Shown: piece by piece, positions 1 to 12,143 of the stretch | How the letters are laid out: each line of letters opens with the position of its first letter | How positions within the stretch are numbered: the stretch's first letter is position 1 | Assembly: GCA_016699245.1 (NCBI GenBank) | Contig: CP064968.1 | Location: forward strand, 283,386-347,385 | DNA: 64,000 bases | Direction of reading: 5' to 3' | Origin: Candidatus Kaiserbacteria bacterium | GTDB lineage: Bacteria; Patescibacteriota; Minisyncoccia; Phycocordibacterales; UBA918 | Notes under the pieces: generated by a model | Told to the model about the DNA's origin: nothing | Seen by the model: the letters and a program-made list of their open reading frames with translations, nothing else | The model's database searches: none | Made by a program: the position numbers and the translations under genes

Positions 1-130
1 TCAGGGTAGCGAATGGTGATGCAAAAAAGTTCTTTCATTTGGGGCAAGTGGGCGACCCTGTAGTTATCACTATGTGATTCATTCTAGCGGTGAGGGGTCG
101 CGTAGCGACTCCTCACACTATAATCCTAGA

Positions 131-153
131 AAAACCGCAACCGCGGTTTTTTT
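131..153. terminator. Hairpin AACCGC-aacc-GCGGTT with an A-run before and a T-run after. Possible bidirectional intrinsic terminator.
   Basis: Perfect 6-bp stem with a 4-nt loop, followed by TTTTT and preceded by AAAA. Confidence 0.35.
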
Positions 154-184
154 GATTAAGTTAATTCATATACACATACAAATT

Positions 185-214
185 TATAAAACCGCAAAGA
201 TTTTGTCTTTGCGG
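185..214 (-). terminator. Intrinsic terminator downstream of the minus-strand ORF 272..616.
   Basis: 9-bp stem CCGCAAAGA/TCTTTGCGG with a 5-nt loop. An A-run on the plus side gives a U-tract on the minus strand. Confidence 0.4.
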
Positions 215-271
215 GTGGCATACTCTTGTGGGGCATGCTGTTTCTTTTCTCTTATGGAGGAGTGTGACTGA

Positions 272-616
272 CTAACCCTTCATGGGCCGATGACTAATCT
301 TGGCTGAACCGAACTTGCACACAATATGAGTTGCTCTGATGACAGCAAGATGGAGCTTTTCGACAGTGATTTCAGCGTCCTTTGTATCGCCATTCACGGT
401 AATGAGTGACTTCGCATGTTGAATCAAAAAGAGCGGTTTGACTGCAGGTTTTCCGAAGACTCCATAGGCAATGACGGTGTGGCTTCTCTTTGTGAGCGTG
501 AGAATTTCATCTCGCGTCATGGTACTGCCGTCAGCCATGAGAAATTTATTTCCAAGCGGTGCATTGGTATCCATTGACTTTCTCCAAAAATGAAAAAATT
601 CAGCAAGTGCTGACAA
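272..616 (-). CDS. Hypothetical protein, 114 aa.
   Basis: Long ORF with a terminator-like hairpin immediately downstream. No recognisable motif. Confidence 0.45.
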   Translation of the reverse strand: MSALAEFFHFWRKSMDTNAPLGNKFLMADGSTMTRDEILTLTKRSHTVIAYGVFGKPAVKPLFLIQHAKSLITVNGDTKDAEITVEKLHLAVIRATHIVCKFGSAKISHRPMKG

Positions 617-657
617 AGCAATACTACATCAGAAAACAGGTGCGTCAAGACTGAAAC

Positions 658-1173
658 TTGACAATATCATTATATGTGACATTATTAATAAACTTTCCTG
701 AATTGTTCGGGTGGGTGTATGGCGAAGCCATACTTGTACCTTCAACTGAGGATACCCTGATGTCAAATACAAAAGTTAGTTTTGCAGAGACTCTCATCAT
801 TAAAGTGGGACGTTTCTTGCGGGAAGAATACCCCAACATTGCCTTCGCGAGTTGTACTGGCATATCATGCCAACAACTGACAACAGAAAGCGCGCTCGGT
901 CTCCTGGATGCTAATTCGGCTCTTCAGCTGAACTGGTGGCAGAAGATTTTTTGCCTCCCTCGCCGCCGGTTCATGGGCGTGCTCTGGTTTTCTAACGAAG
1001 CAAGGAGTGCGACTCATGGCAAATGGGTTCTGGAGGTGTATGGCGACCAAGACATTGACTTCCTGAAGGGAGTCTCTGTCAGGCTCGCTGAGAAGTTCAA
1101 TACTTCCGTGCATCTCAAGTTGATCAGCGAGAACGCTCACTACGAAACGTTCTACTCGGACGACGACATGTAG
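658..1173 (+). CDS. Hypothetical protein. The true start may be an internal Met.
   Basis: 171-aa ORF followed by a strong hairpin plus T-run at 1200-1232. Confidence 0.4.
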   Translation: MTISLYVTLLINFPELFGWVYGEAILVPSTEDTLMSNTKVSFAETLIIKVGRFLREEYPNIAFASCTGISCQQLTTESALGLLDANSALQLNWWQKIFCLPRRRFMGVLWFSNEARSATHGKWVLEVYGDQDIDFLKGVSVRLAEKFNTSVHLKLISENAHYETFYSDDDM

Positions 1174-1199
1174 ATAGCGCCACCCTTCGCCCTGAGAGT

Positions 1200-1232
1200 C
1201 ACCCTCTTGTTTCGGCAGGAGGGTGGTTTTAA
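1200..1232 (+). terminator. Intrinsic terminator after ORF 658..1173.
   Basis: Stem CACCCTC/GAGGGTG with a 12-nt loop, followed by GTTTT. Confidence 0.5.
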
Positions 1233-1233
1233 T

Positions 1234-1515
1234 TTATTTAAATATTTGAGCATGATTTCCAATACTCACGAGTGTTAACACAAGAATTCCGTTATCAATC
1301 TGATAGAGGAGTAAAATATCGGGAGCAATGTGACACTCTCTAAAATCCTTTAAATTTCCTGTGAGTTTATGATCTCTATACTTTTCATTAAGTGCTAAAC
1401 CTGATGCTAATGTGAGAACGATTTCTGCAAATACATCTTCTTTGAAACTGTTTAATTGTTTGACTCTCTTATAAGCAGTTTTGAAGCGTTTTGTTCTGAC
1501 AATCTCGTACACCAT
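1234..1515 (-). CDS. yafQ: Type II toxin, YafQ/RelE family mRNA interferase.
   Basis: 93 aa. The motif RDHKLTGNLKDFRECHIAPDILLLYQ aligns with E. coli YafQ KDHPLQGSWKGYRDAHVEPDWILIYK. Adjacent to a DinJ-like antitoxin with a 3-nt gap. Confidence 0.75.
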   Translation of the reverse strand: MVYEIVRTKRFKTAYKRVKQLNSFKEDVFAEIVLTLASGLALNEKYRDHKLTGNLKDFRECHIAPDILLLYQIDNGILVLTLVSIGNHAQIFK

Positions 1516-1518
1516 ATC

Positions 1519-1794
1519 CTATTTTTCCAAGTCGCTCATGAGAGCATCAACGGTAGCAAAACGTTTTGCAGAATTCTTGGCTAACTCTGTTTCAAGTATA
1601 AGCGCTCGCTCTTGAGCAAGGGTAAAACCATTTTCAGTGAGCAAATCAAGTGGAATTCCTTTTCGATGGACAACATTTGTTAAAAACAATGTAATTGCAC
1701 TCGACATATCAATACCCAACTCATCAAGCGTTGCGCGAGCAGCCTTTTTTGTTTTTGAGTCAATTCTAATTTGTATTGTGTCTTGTGTTTTCAT
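1519..1794 (-). CDS. dinJ: Type II antitoxin, DinJ/RelB family.
   Basis: 91 aa. The N-terminal ribbon-helix-helix-like stretch IQIRIDSKTKKAARATLDELGIDMSSAITLFL matches DinJ. Sits upstream of the yafQ-like toxin. Confidence 0.7.
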   Translation of the reverse strand: MKTQDTIQIRIDSKTKKAARATLDELGIDMSSAITLFLTNVVHRKGIPLDLLTENGFTLAQERALILETELAKNSAKRFATVDALMSDLEK

Positions 1795-1923
1795 AATGCT
1801 ATTATATAGAATGTAGTGACAGTGTCAATACATGAATATATATCAGAAAAATCAATAACTGCTAATTGATTTAAGATTGTTTTGCGAAGGGTAGCCCTTT
1901 GTCAGGCTTGAAGAATCCTGATT

Positions 1924-2496
1924 TTATATTCCCTTTTGTGCGAAAAGGGTAACTTGCTTCAGCCATGATGTGCGCTTTGCGTCATCGACGCGCTCAGTGG
2001 GGCCATATGCTTTGACGGAAGCACTAATGCCTGCAAAGCCCAAGATGCCATGAGCAAGTTCGTTGGTGTAGTCACCAAATTTCCACCAGGTCATAAATGG
2101 GCTATGAGAGCCATTTACAATAAAAACTCGTGCAGTCTTCCCTTTTAAATGCGGGACGACTTTTTTAGTTTGAGGATCAAAGTTGAATGCAAAGCCAGGA
2201 AGCCACATACGATCAAACATACCTTTCATTAAAGCAGGCATAGAGCACCACCAGTTCGGGTATACAAATACAATATGGTCTGCCCATCTGATTGCTTCTT
2301 GTACATGGAGCAGGTCTGGCTCTAATTGTTGTATTTCTTTGTATCCTCGGTGAAGTACAGGGTCGAAGGCAAGGCTCCCTACATTGATCCGCTCTACCTC
2401 ATGTCCCGCGAGACGTGCAGCCTCTTCGTAGGTGTCTGCCACAGTACCGGAGAAAGAACTATTCGTAGGGTTACCTAAGAAGACCAAGATTTTTTT
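1924..2496 (-). CDS. Flavodoxin-like NAD(P)H-dependent oxidoreductase (NAD(P)H dehydrogenase (quinone) / ACP azoreductase-like family).
   Basis: MKKILVFLGNP...HIVFVYPNWW..MPALMKGMFDR is typical of the Flavodoxin_2 fold. Start chosen at MKKIL. Confidence 0.6.
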   Translation of the reverse strand, partial: KKILVFLGNPTNSSFSGTVADTYEEAARLAGHEVERINVGSLAFDPVLHRGYKEIQQLEPDLLHVQEAIRWADHIVFVYPNWWCSMPALMKGMFDRMWLPGFAFNFDPQTKKVVPHLKGKTARVFIVNGSHSPFMTWWKFGDYTNELAHGILGFAGISASVKAYGPTERVDDAKRTSWLKQVTLFAQKGI

Positions 2497-2563
2497 CATT
2501 ACAAATATGGTACCACAGAAAATGCGCCGCTTTGCCACGCGCTTTTATAAACTGTGAAGAAGT

Positions 2564-2863
2564 TTAACGATGAATCGTCCCGTTTGGGTTGAATTTTGCA
2601 GTGGGGCCTTGTGCGCCTCCAGGCATTTTGTCACCCATGAGGGCTTTGAGTTCTGCTTGGTACTTGGGCATCACTTTCATTGCAGCGGCCATCTGTGTTT
2701 TTCCGGACTTAATCTCTGCTTGCATTTCACTCGCAATCTTCTCAAAGAGTTTTGGATCTTTCTCGATGAGCGTCATGATAAGTTCACGCTGTTCTGGAGG
2801 TGCATCCTTGAGTTGCTTTTCAAGCAACTTTTTCATCATAAAACCTTTTGCTTTTTCAAACAT
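2564..2863 (-). CDS. Hypothetical small protein, 99 aa.
   Basis: ORF in a gap between genes. Lys/Glu-rich with no recognisable motif. Confidence 0.35.
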   Translation of the reverse strand: MFEKAKGFMMKKLLEKQLKDAPPEQRELIMTLIEKDPKLFEKIASEMQAEIKSGKTQMAAAMKVMPKYQAELKALMGDKMPGGAQGPTAKFNPNGTIHR

Positions 2864-3010
2864 ACAAATATCTTAAAATAGTAATCAAGAGTCTATCCAA
2901 TAACACCAGATACGAGGCATCGAGGAGAAAAAACATGAGGCGTACTTGATGTACGATGAATGTTTTTACGACGAAGATAACGAAGTAGGTGGGGTTAGTG
3001 GATAGGCTCT

Positions 3011-5594
<2,584 letters not shown>

Positions 5595-5614
<20 letters not shown>

Positions 5615-7181
5615 ACAAAATTACTGGTACAGATGTGCGAACGAAGACTTGAAAGGTGACTATTGCCTCCTTAAGTGTTGCATCAATCTCATCACTGATG
5701 GTGCGCTCTTTTTTGATGAACTCAATCACCTCTGGTTTGTCGCGCTCCATCATGCCGAGAAATTCCTTTTCAATAACACGCACATTAGGAACAGACGCAC
5801 CCTCGAGGATGCCTGCGTTTGCGGCGAAGATAGAAATTGCTTGCAAGTAGAAGGGTTGTGTTTGGTGTTGGTCTTGCTTCAAAAGTTCTGTGTATCTGCG
5901 ACCGCTTTCAATACGCTTCTTTGTATCTTCATCGAGGTCTCCGGCAAACTGCATGAAGGCTTCAAGCTCACGAAATTGTGCAAGCTCAAGGCGAATCTTT
6001 CCGGACACCTTTTTCATTGCCTTTGTCTGTGCAGACGATCCCACACGTGATACTGAGATACCCACATTGAGTGCAGGACGGATACCCTTGTTGAAGAGGT
6101 CGGTCTCTAGGAAAATCTGTCCGTCGGTAATAGAAATCACGTTGGTTGGAATGTACGCGGACACGTCACCCTCCTGTGTTTCAATAATAGGAAGTGCAGT
6201 AAGTGAGCCTCCTCCGAGTTCCTTTGAAAGTTTTGCTGCTCTCTCAAGGAGGCGAGAGTGTAGGTAAAAAATGTCTCCAGGATAGGCCTCGCGTCCTGGT
6301 GGACGCCGAAGGAGGAGCGACATCTGGCGATACGCCACCGCGTGCTTGCTCAAATCATCATACACAATGAGTGCATCTTGGCCTTTCTCCATAAAATATT
6401 CACCAATAGCCGCTCCTGCAAATGGTGCAAGGAACTGGAGTGGTGAGGGATCTGCGGCAGAAGTGGAAACCACAATAGTGTATTCCATTGCCCCCTGCTC
6501 TTCAAGGGTGCGTACGATACGTGCGGTCTTTGACTCCTTCTGTCCGATAGCAACATAGATACAGATAGGGCGCTTCTCCTTTGGCTCGTACTTTTGATTG
6601 ATGATGGTGTCGATAGCCACAATCGTCTTTCCGGTAGCACGGTCACCGATGATGAGTTCGCGCTGTCCGCGGCCGATAGGAATCATTGAGTCGATTGCTT
6701 TGATACCGGTGTGAATAGGCTCGTTCACTGAAGAACGATCCATCACGCCGTACGCAACACGCTCGATAGCCATAGCGCGTGTATTCGTATACGCTCCCTT
6801 TCCGTCAAGAATTTCTCCAAGTGGATTCACCACACGTCCTACGATGTCATCACCCACAGGGATACTGAGAAGTTTCCCCGTGCGGCGCACGAGCATACCT
6901 TCGTGTACGCGCGACGCATCGCCAAGCACCACTACTTTCACAGACTCTTCTTCGAGGTTGAGCACAAGACCAAAAAGAGATCCCGTATGCTCCATACTCT
7001 CTTTGAGTGAGCGTCCTTCAGTGTCATCAAAGAGCACCATTTCCATCATGCGTGCATCTTTAACCCCTTCAATCTCAGCCACGCCGTCGCCTACAGCGAC
7101 CACGGTTCCCATTTCCTCAAGTCCACTCTCGGGCTTGATTGATTCGATTTCCTTCTTTATCCTCTCAATGATTGTGCTCAT
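5595..7181 (-). CDS. atpA: ATP synthase F1 alpha subunit.
   Basis: 528 aa with the P-loop GDRATGKT. Overall AtpA architecture. Confidence 0.97.
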
Positions 7182-7182
7182 A

Positions 7183-7567
7183 TTAATCTACTAGTCTGTG
7201 ATAGGTGTCTAATAATGTGCTTTTGTAACTATGGTCAATCCGCTTTCCTTTTCCTGTGACGATAAATCCTCCGATAATGGTTTCATCAGTCTGTACACTG
7301 TATGTGCCTTCTGGGACTATGCGAGCCACTGCGGCCTCTATTGCACCGCGCTGACGCTCCATATCCACTTCCCGTGCAATCAACACTTTTGGCGTGTCGC
7401 CTGCTTCCCTACGCTCAATTTTTTCAAGTAAACCACGCAATACACGTGGGTACATCTTCCCCAAGCCTCTCCGCGCGAGTAATGCCTCTAGGTTATTGAG
7501 CACAGCCTCAACATCCATACCTTGAGTGATGGATTCGTATGCGGCTTCTGTGTACTCTTTGATGTGC
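7183..7567 (-). CDS. atpH: ATP synthase F1 delta (OSCP) subunit, compact.
   Basis: Sits between atpF and atpA with OSCP-like helical composition. Start taken at MHIKEY, 2 nt after the atpF stop. The longer ORF to 7620 would overlap atpF. Confidence 0.7.
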
Positions 7568-7570
7568 ATA

Positions 7571-8023
7571 TTATTTTGAAAGTTGTGACACGAGAACTTT
7601 TTCTGCAGCAAGGAATGCAACCTTTGCTATTTCCGCCTCACTTTCCTTGAGTGCTTGTGTCTTTAAATCTGCGGCAAGTTGCTTCGCGTTCTGAATATCG
7701 CGAGCGATTTTCTCTCCTGCTTCTCTAAGCATCGCTTTCTCCTTTTCTTCAGCACTCAGCGTTGCGCGTGAGTAAATAGCACCTGCCTCTGTGTGTGCCT
7801 CCTTCACAATCACCGCTTTCTCCGCAAGCGCGTCAGTGCGCGCCTGTGCAGCATGCTCAGCATCTTCTATACCCTTTTTTATTTTTGATTCACGGTCAGC
7901 AAGCATTTTGAGAACCGGTGTATACAAGAAATACCCGAGCAGACCCATGAGGATGCTGAAGTTCAAAATCTGAATGACGATGAGTCGCCAGTCGATGCCA
8001 AATGCGTGGATGATTTCTTCCAT
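7571..8023 (-). CDS. atpF: ATP synthase Fo subunit b.
   Basis: 150 aa with a single N-terminal transmembrane helix and a long charged helix (AEHAAQARTDALAEKA...). Confidence 0.85.
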   Translation of the reverse strand: MEEIIHAFGIDWRLIVIQILNFSILMGLLGYFLYTPVLKMLADRESKIKKGIEDAEHAAQARTDALAEKAVIVKEAHTEAGAIYSRATLSAEEKEKAMLREAGEKIARDIQNAKQLAADLKTQALKESEAEIAKVAFLAAEKVLVSQLSK

Positions 8024-8082
8024 AAATCTAAATAAAATTATAAATTCACCATTTCGAGCAACATGCTCGAAACACTGGATTA

Positions 8083-8355
<273 letters not shown>

Positions 8356-8468
8356 TTAATTATTTCTAATGGACAATACGAGAAGTGAAACCTTCACTGC
8401 TCGAGAGTACCCACTATTCATTCCTGTAGAAACTTTTTCTCCCCTGTGAGAAAAAGTTTCTACCGGAA

Positions 8469-9245
8469 TCAATGCGCCGGTTCTGAAGTTGCTATTTTGA
8501 TAAAGAACAACGTCAAAATCGCAAACACAAATGCTTGAATGAATCCCACAAAGACTTCAAAAGCCATAATAGGTACAGGAACAAAATAGGGTACAAAGAA
8601 AATCACTACCACAAGGAGCGTTTTCCCCGCAAAGATGTTTCCAAAAAGACGGAATGAGAATGAGATAAGGCGCGCTATCTCCGAGATGAGGTCAATGAGC
8701 CCCACGGCAAATGCAAGTGGTGAAGAAAAATTGATAAACTTCCCCGCGTACTTAAAGGCACCAATAGCCGCAATCCCAGAGAATTGAATTGTGAAAAATG
8801 CTATGAGTGCAAAGGCGAGTGTAATATTGAGGTCAGTATTTGCGGGATATAAAAAAGGTACAAGTGTTTGTTCACCATGTAGTTCAAGGTGAATGCCGAT
8901 TGAACTCACGCCAGGAAGTAGTCCAAGCCAATTGAGTGAGAGTATGAAGATGAAGACAGTCATGATAAGCGGAAAATACTTTCGCGCAAGTTCACGACTT
9001 TCAAGTGTCTCTGCAATGTATTCATACGTGCTCCCAATAAGAGCCTCTACAACCACCTGCCCACGAGACGGTACCATCTTCAGTGTGTGCTTTGAATAGA
9101 TTGCAATTCCGATGAGTATAGCCATAACAAACCAGACCATCACAAGAGTGCTCGTAATCGGTATGTCAAAAAAGTGCCCCAAAACAGGCGCACTCAGGTG
9201 AATCGCAATTCCACCCTCAGTTGCTGCATGTGCAATATTCATCAT
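8469..9245 (-). CDS. atpB: ATP synthase Fo subunit a.
   Basis: 258-aa polytopic membrane protein. The conserved Arg helix motif RLFGNIFAG is present. Confidence 0.92.
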   Translation of the reverse strand: MMNIAHAATEGGIAIHLSAPVLGHFFDIPITSTLVMVWFVMAILIGIAIYSKHTLKMVPSRGQVVVEALIGSTYEYIAETLESRELARKYFPLIMTVFIFILSLNWLGLLPGVSSIGIHLELHGEQTLVPFLYPANTDLNITLAFALIAFFTIQFSGIAAIGAFKYAGKFINFSSPLAFAVGLIDLISEIARLISFSFRLFGNIFAGKTLLVVVIFFVPYFVPVPIMAFEVFVGFIQAFVFAILTLFFIKIATSEPAH

Positions 9246-9336
9246 TTTCGCGCATCATATCAGATGTACGTCCTAAAATAAAGGCATTACTTTGGGTATT
9301 TCTTGCCTTTTGAACGCAACTCACCACCCCACCTCC

Positions 9337-9392
9337 TGGGGGGGGAATATCAACAGCAAAAAAGACAAGCCCCCCCCCTTGGCTCACATAAA
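9337..9392. repeat. Two complementary homopolymer tracts, G8 and C8-9, separated by about 28 nt in the atp operon leader. Potential long hairpin or slippage-prone tracts.
   Basis: The sequence reads cctggggggggaat...caagccccccccttgg. Confidence 0.6.
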
Positions 9393-9534
9393 AACCCCCG
9401 CGAATTTTAAAAAGTCAAAAAAGACTCATTCGCAGGGCTTGGCGTTGTGATAATAGAAAGAGGACGGGGAATCGTGGCCACCTGTATTATTACCGGGAAA
9501 GAGATGACAATATTTGGATGATTGGTACTGGTCA

Positions 9535-9804
9535 TTACCACAAGAACACTTTAAACGGATTCCATGGTTTCTTGACGGATGTAGTCGGGGTAGTCAGAGG
9601 TGTGGACTGATCCTTCAAAAGCGTGACCTCGCTACGACGGACGCGTTGCGTCATGCCTTTGATGTGATATGAGGCAGTGCCAGCCCAGGGTGTTTCATAC
9701 CGTTCTTTGATTTCGACTACCTTTGCCGATAAGATGGCAGACGCACCCATTGTTGTCGCCATGGTTACGCGCTTCGCAACTTTTGACTCGAACGCGTTTG
9801 CCAA
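9535..9804 (-). CDS. Hypothetical protein upstream of the atp operon. No similarity to AtpI or AtpZ.
   Basis: 89-aa ORF and the only ORF in a 1-kb gap. Weak support. Confidence 0.25.
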   Translation of the reverse strand: MANAFESKVAKRVTMATTMGASAILSAKVVEIKERYETPWAGTASYHIKGMTQRVRRSEVTLLKDQSTPLTTPTTSVKKPWNPFKVFLW

Positions 9805-9996
9805 TTATTTCGTCATCTTTCTCTCTTTGCACGGTGTAACTCCTTTCTGGGTTTGATTAGTACGTGAGTCAAGCCTAAAATGCTTGCTCTTTTGGCGATG
9901 AAAATAACAAATTTAAAGCAAAAAATACTATACAGTATTTTATATAAAAGTCAAAAAACTTTGCAATATCTTCATTCTCCCTTCCCGACCCCTTCC

Positions 9997-10074
9997 AATA
10001 AAAAATACAAGAAAGAATCTGGTATTTTTTATTGGTGGACCCGACAGGAATTGAACATTACATGTTCGGTACAC
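9997..10074 (-). repeat. Copy A: a degenerate terminator hairpin, 24 nt identical to the tRNA-Ala 3' end (tggtggacccgacaggaattgaac), and an 18-nt junction attacatgttcggtacac.
   Basis: Exact match to the T-arm/acceptor 3' part of the tRNA at 10312-10335. It diverges after gaac. Confidence 0.8.
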
Positions 10075-10159
10075 TTTGTGGATATTTTACTTCGCTTACA
10101 CTCGTAAAATCTCTCACAAAGTCTTCAATTCCAGCCACACCCAGGCAGTTACAAAAATA

Positions 10160-10229
10160 CCTGTCAAGAAGACTGGTATTTTTGTAACTGTGGACCCGAC
10201 AGGAATTGAACATTACATGTTCGGTACAC
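10160..10229 (-). repeat. Copy B: a second partial tRNA-Ala 3'-end copy (21 nt) with the same 18-nt junction.
   Basis: tggacccgacaggaattgaac followed by attacatgttcggtacac, preceded by a degenerate copy of the terminator hairpin. Confidence 0.8.
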
Positions 10230-10276
10230 CTCTCACAGCAACTGTTCGAGGTCTTCAATCCCCCCGACCCCTTCCA

Positions 10277-10310
10277 ATAAAAAATACCAGAAAGAATCTG
10301 GTATTTTTTA
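10277..10310. terminator. Bidirectional intrinsic terminator immediately 3' of tRNA-Ala.
   Basis: Stem ATACCAG/CTGGTAT with loop aaagaat. An A-run before and a T6 run after. Confidence 0.7.
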
Positions 10311-10311
10311 T

Positions 10312-10388
10312 TGGTGGACCCGACAGGAATTGAACCTGCGACCTTCTGAGTGCAAAACAGACGCTCTAGCCAACTGAGCTACGGGCCC
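10312..10388 (-). tRNA. tRNA-Ala (anticodon UGC), with the CCA end encoded.
   Basis: Reverse complement GGGCCCGTAGCTCAGTTGGCTAGAGCGTCTGTTTTGCACTCAGAAGGTCGCAGGTTCAATTCCTGTCGGGTCCACCA folds as a cloverleaf. G3:U70 Ala identity pair, anticodon loop TTTGCAC, T-loop TTCAATT. Confidence 0.9.
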
Positions 10389-10545
10389 AAATGAGGAAGG
10401 GGAAAAGTTTACTTTTCCATTTTCCGAATGCCGGGCACTGCGTCACGAAGTGAGTACAGGCCCGAAATGAGGGGCAAAATAAAAGTTTATTTTTATTTTG
10501 TCCGAATGAGGGCCCGCGTCGCTTTGCGAGTACAGGCCCATTTCC
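10389..10545. repeat. Imperfect tandem repeats of roughly 70 nt in the tRNA-Ala 5' leader. Each carries an A/T-rich palindrome.
   Basis: Units are g(t/c)gagtacaggccc, (g)aaatgagg, a hairpin (GGAAAAGTttACTTTTCC or CAAAATAAAAgtttatTTTTATTTTG) and ccgaatg, repeated two to three times. Confidence 0.55.
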
Positions 10546-10734
10546 TGAAAGATTCAGAACCCGAATATAATACGCATTTTACACGATTTGGTCAACTCGT
10601 TCCCTAGGGTTACCCTCTGGAACTTTCATTAGATATAGCACCTACGAGTGCGAGAACTGCACTTGAGATGAGTATGGGATCAATATATTTGGCAAAATAA
10701 TTAGTCGCTAGGACTAGTGAAAATAATAAGAAGA

Positions 10735-11331
10735 TTACTGCAACCTGTGTTCTTGATAGTTTTTTTGAACTATCGAGAACACTACCACCTTGATGTGGTC
10801 TTTTATTGAAAAAACATTAGCAATAAGTACTTTTCCACCATAGACAAGTGCTGAACGCATTTTGGTATTAAAGCCCAATCCTTCAAAAGAGTCTTGATTA
10901 ATAATACTGTGATTGTTCGTTGCCGGGGTTGGTATAAGCGCAATAATCAAATACACCAGGTATGCGTAAAATTGTAGTGAGATAAAACCATATAACACAC
11001 TTGAAAGGAGACTCAATGTTCCGTCTGCGTGTGACGCATACAGTGTATTGGAGAGAAGAAAAAAGGTTACGATACTCAAAAGCAGAAATGAAACTGAAGC
11101 AATGTATCGAATGATGGCTGAAATAGCAGATCTCCTAATTAAAGAATGTAATGCAATTCCTCCAAATATCACGATTAATAAAGCATATAAAGTCAAAAAC
11201 CACTTATCAAGTATTAGTTGTATTGAGGTGTTTACTAAAAATAAGTAGAGTGCAACTGCCCAAAATACTAAGGAATTGACAATATAGACTCCAGAGAGCA
11301 TTTGTCGAGCGAACATTACCCCAAGAAGCAC
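10735..11331 (-). CDS. Polytopic membrane protein, C-terminal part, in a low-GC islet.
   Basis: 198 aa with about 6 predicted transmembrane helices. Starts at a GTG in a frame +1 relative to the upstream 66-aa transmembrane ORF. Confidence 0.5.
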   Translation of the reverse strand: MLLGVMFARQMLSGVYIVNSLVFWAVALYLFLVNTSIQLILDKWFLTLYALLIVIFGGIALHSLIRRSAISAIIRYIASVSFLLLSIVTFFLLSNTLYASHADGTLSLLSSVLYGFISLQFYAYLVYLIIALIPTPATNNHSIINQDSFEGLGFNTKMRSALVYGGKVLIANVFSIKDHIKVVVFSIVQKNYQEHRLQ

Positions 11332-11516
11332 TGAAACAAAAGGTACGAGATTAATAATCTCAAATCCATTACCTGACTCGGTACTACTATATTGGAAATA
11401 AAGATTGCGATGAATAATCCAATAGCAATGATCTCTTTCCGAAACTTATTAAAGTCGAACTTAATAACAATAAAGGCGCGAAGGAAGATTCCGAGCGTTA
11501 TAAGTATTGATTCCAT
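11316..11516 (-). pseudogene. N-terminal fragment of the same membrane protein. Likely a frameshift at a G4 tract, or two short membrane ORFs.
   Basis: The 66-aa hydrophobic ORF ends 16 nt inside the downstream ORF. The frames would fuse with a 1-nt change near cttggggtaatg. Confidence 0.35.
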
Positions 11517-11873
11517 AATGATTGAAATGTATGATTACAATTTAACTACGCGTTCACTTTTATTTCACTTCAAGGGAACCTGAAAGGGATCCTTACATGT
11601 CCACCCTCTTGGTGGAGTATACGAGATTGGATACCCAGGTATCTCAGTTCTGTATGTAGATACCATCATAATTTCTCCCATGAATGCATCCACGCCTGCA
11701 TCTGCTATCTAGTTTCTTTTGCGTTGTTGCACTTTTGCCTTCCCACACTATAGTTTAATTATCACTAGCAAAATTGTAAATTAACATTTTTTAAGAAAAC
11801 GTTAATTTAGTGCTAAAGTGAGATATATTTATGTTTTTTGTTACCACTCACCTCGTGTAACCTTAGTAAAATA

Positions 11874-12143
11874 TTAAAACTTCCTTTGAAATTTTCGATA
11901 CACGTCACCGTCGTTCCTTTTGCCAATAACGTACACATTAATCATTACATCATCCCAGTTGTAGATAATTCTGTATTCACCACAATCAATTCGGTAGTAC
12001 GGATAGCCTTGCAACTTTTTTGCGTCCTGAGGTAGGTTGTTTTCTTGTAAAGAAATTAATGCAGCAGCAATTTGACGTTGCTGCTTGGGAGGTAGACCGA
12101 CTACGAACTTTGCAACTTGTTTATGAAGCTTTATCTGGTGCAT
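11874..12143 (-). CDS. Type II toxin, RelE/ParE family.
   Basis: 89 aa. KKLQGYPYYRIDCGEYRIIYNWDDVMINVYVIGKRND matches the RelE/ParE core. Overlaps the upstream antitoxin by 23 nt. Confidence 0.75.
   Translation of the reverse strand: MHQIKLHKQVAKFVVGLPPKQQRQIAAALISLQENNLPQDAKKLQGYPYYRIDCGEYRIIYNWDDVMINVYVIGKRNDGDVYRKFQRKF

Noticed and set aside
74-271. 65-aa plus-strand ORF at the window start.
   Set aside because: It spans two terminator-like hairpins, has an AT-rich repetitive (HIHIQIYK) translation and no coding signal.
9250-9530. Possible structured RNA gene (RNase P RNA, tmRNA or 4.5S RNA) in the large gap upstream of atpB.
   Set aside because: No conserved motifs were found by eye: none of GGAAGCAGC (SRP), AGGAAAGTCCGG (RNase P) or a tRNA-like end (tmRNA). 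Only the G8/C8 tracts are reported.
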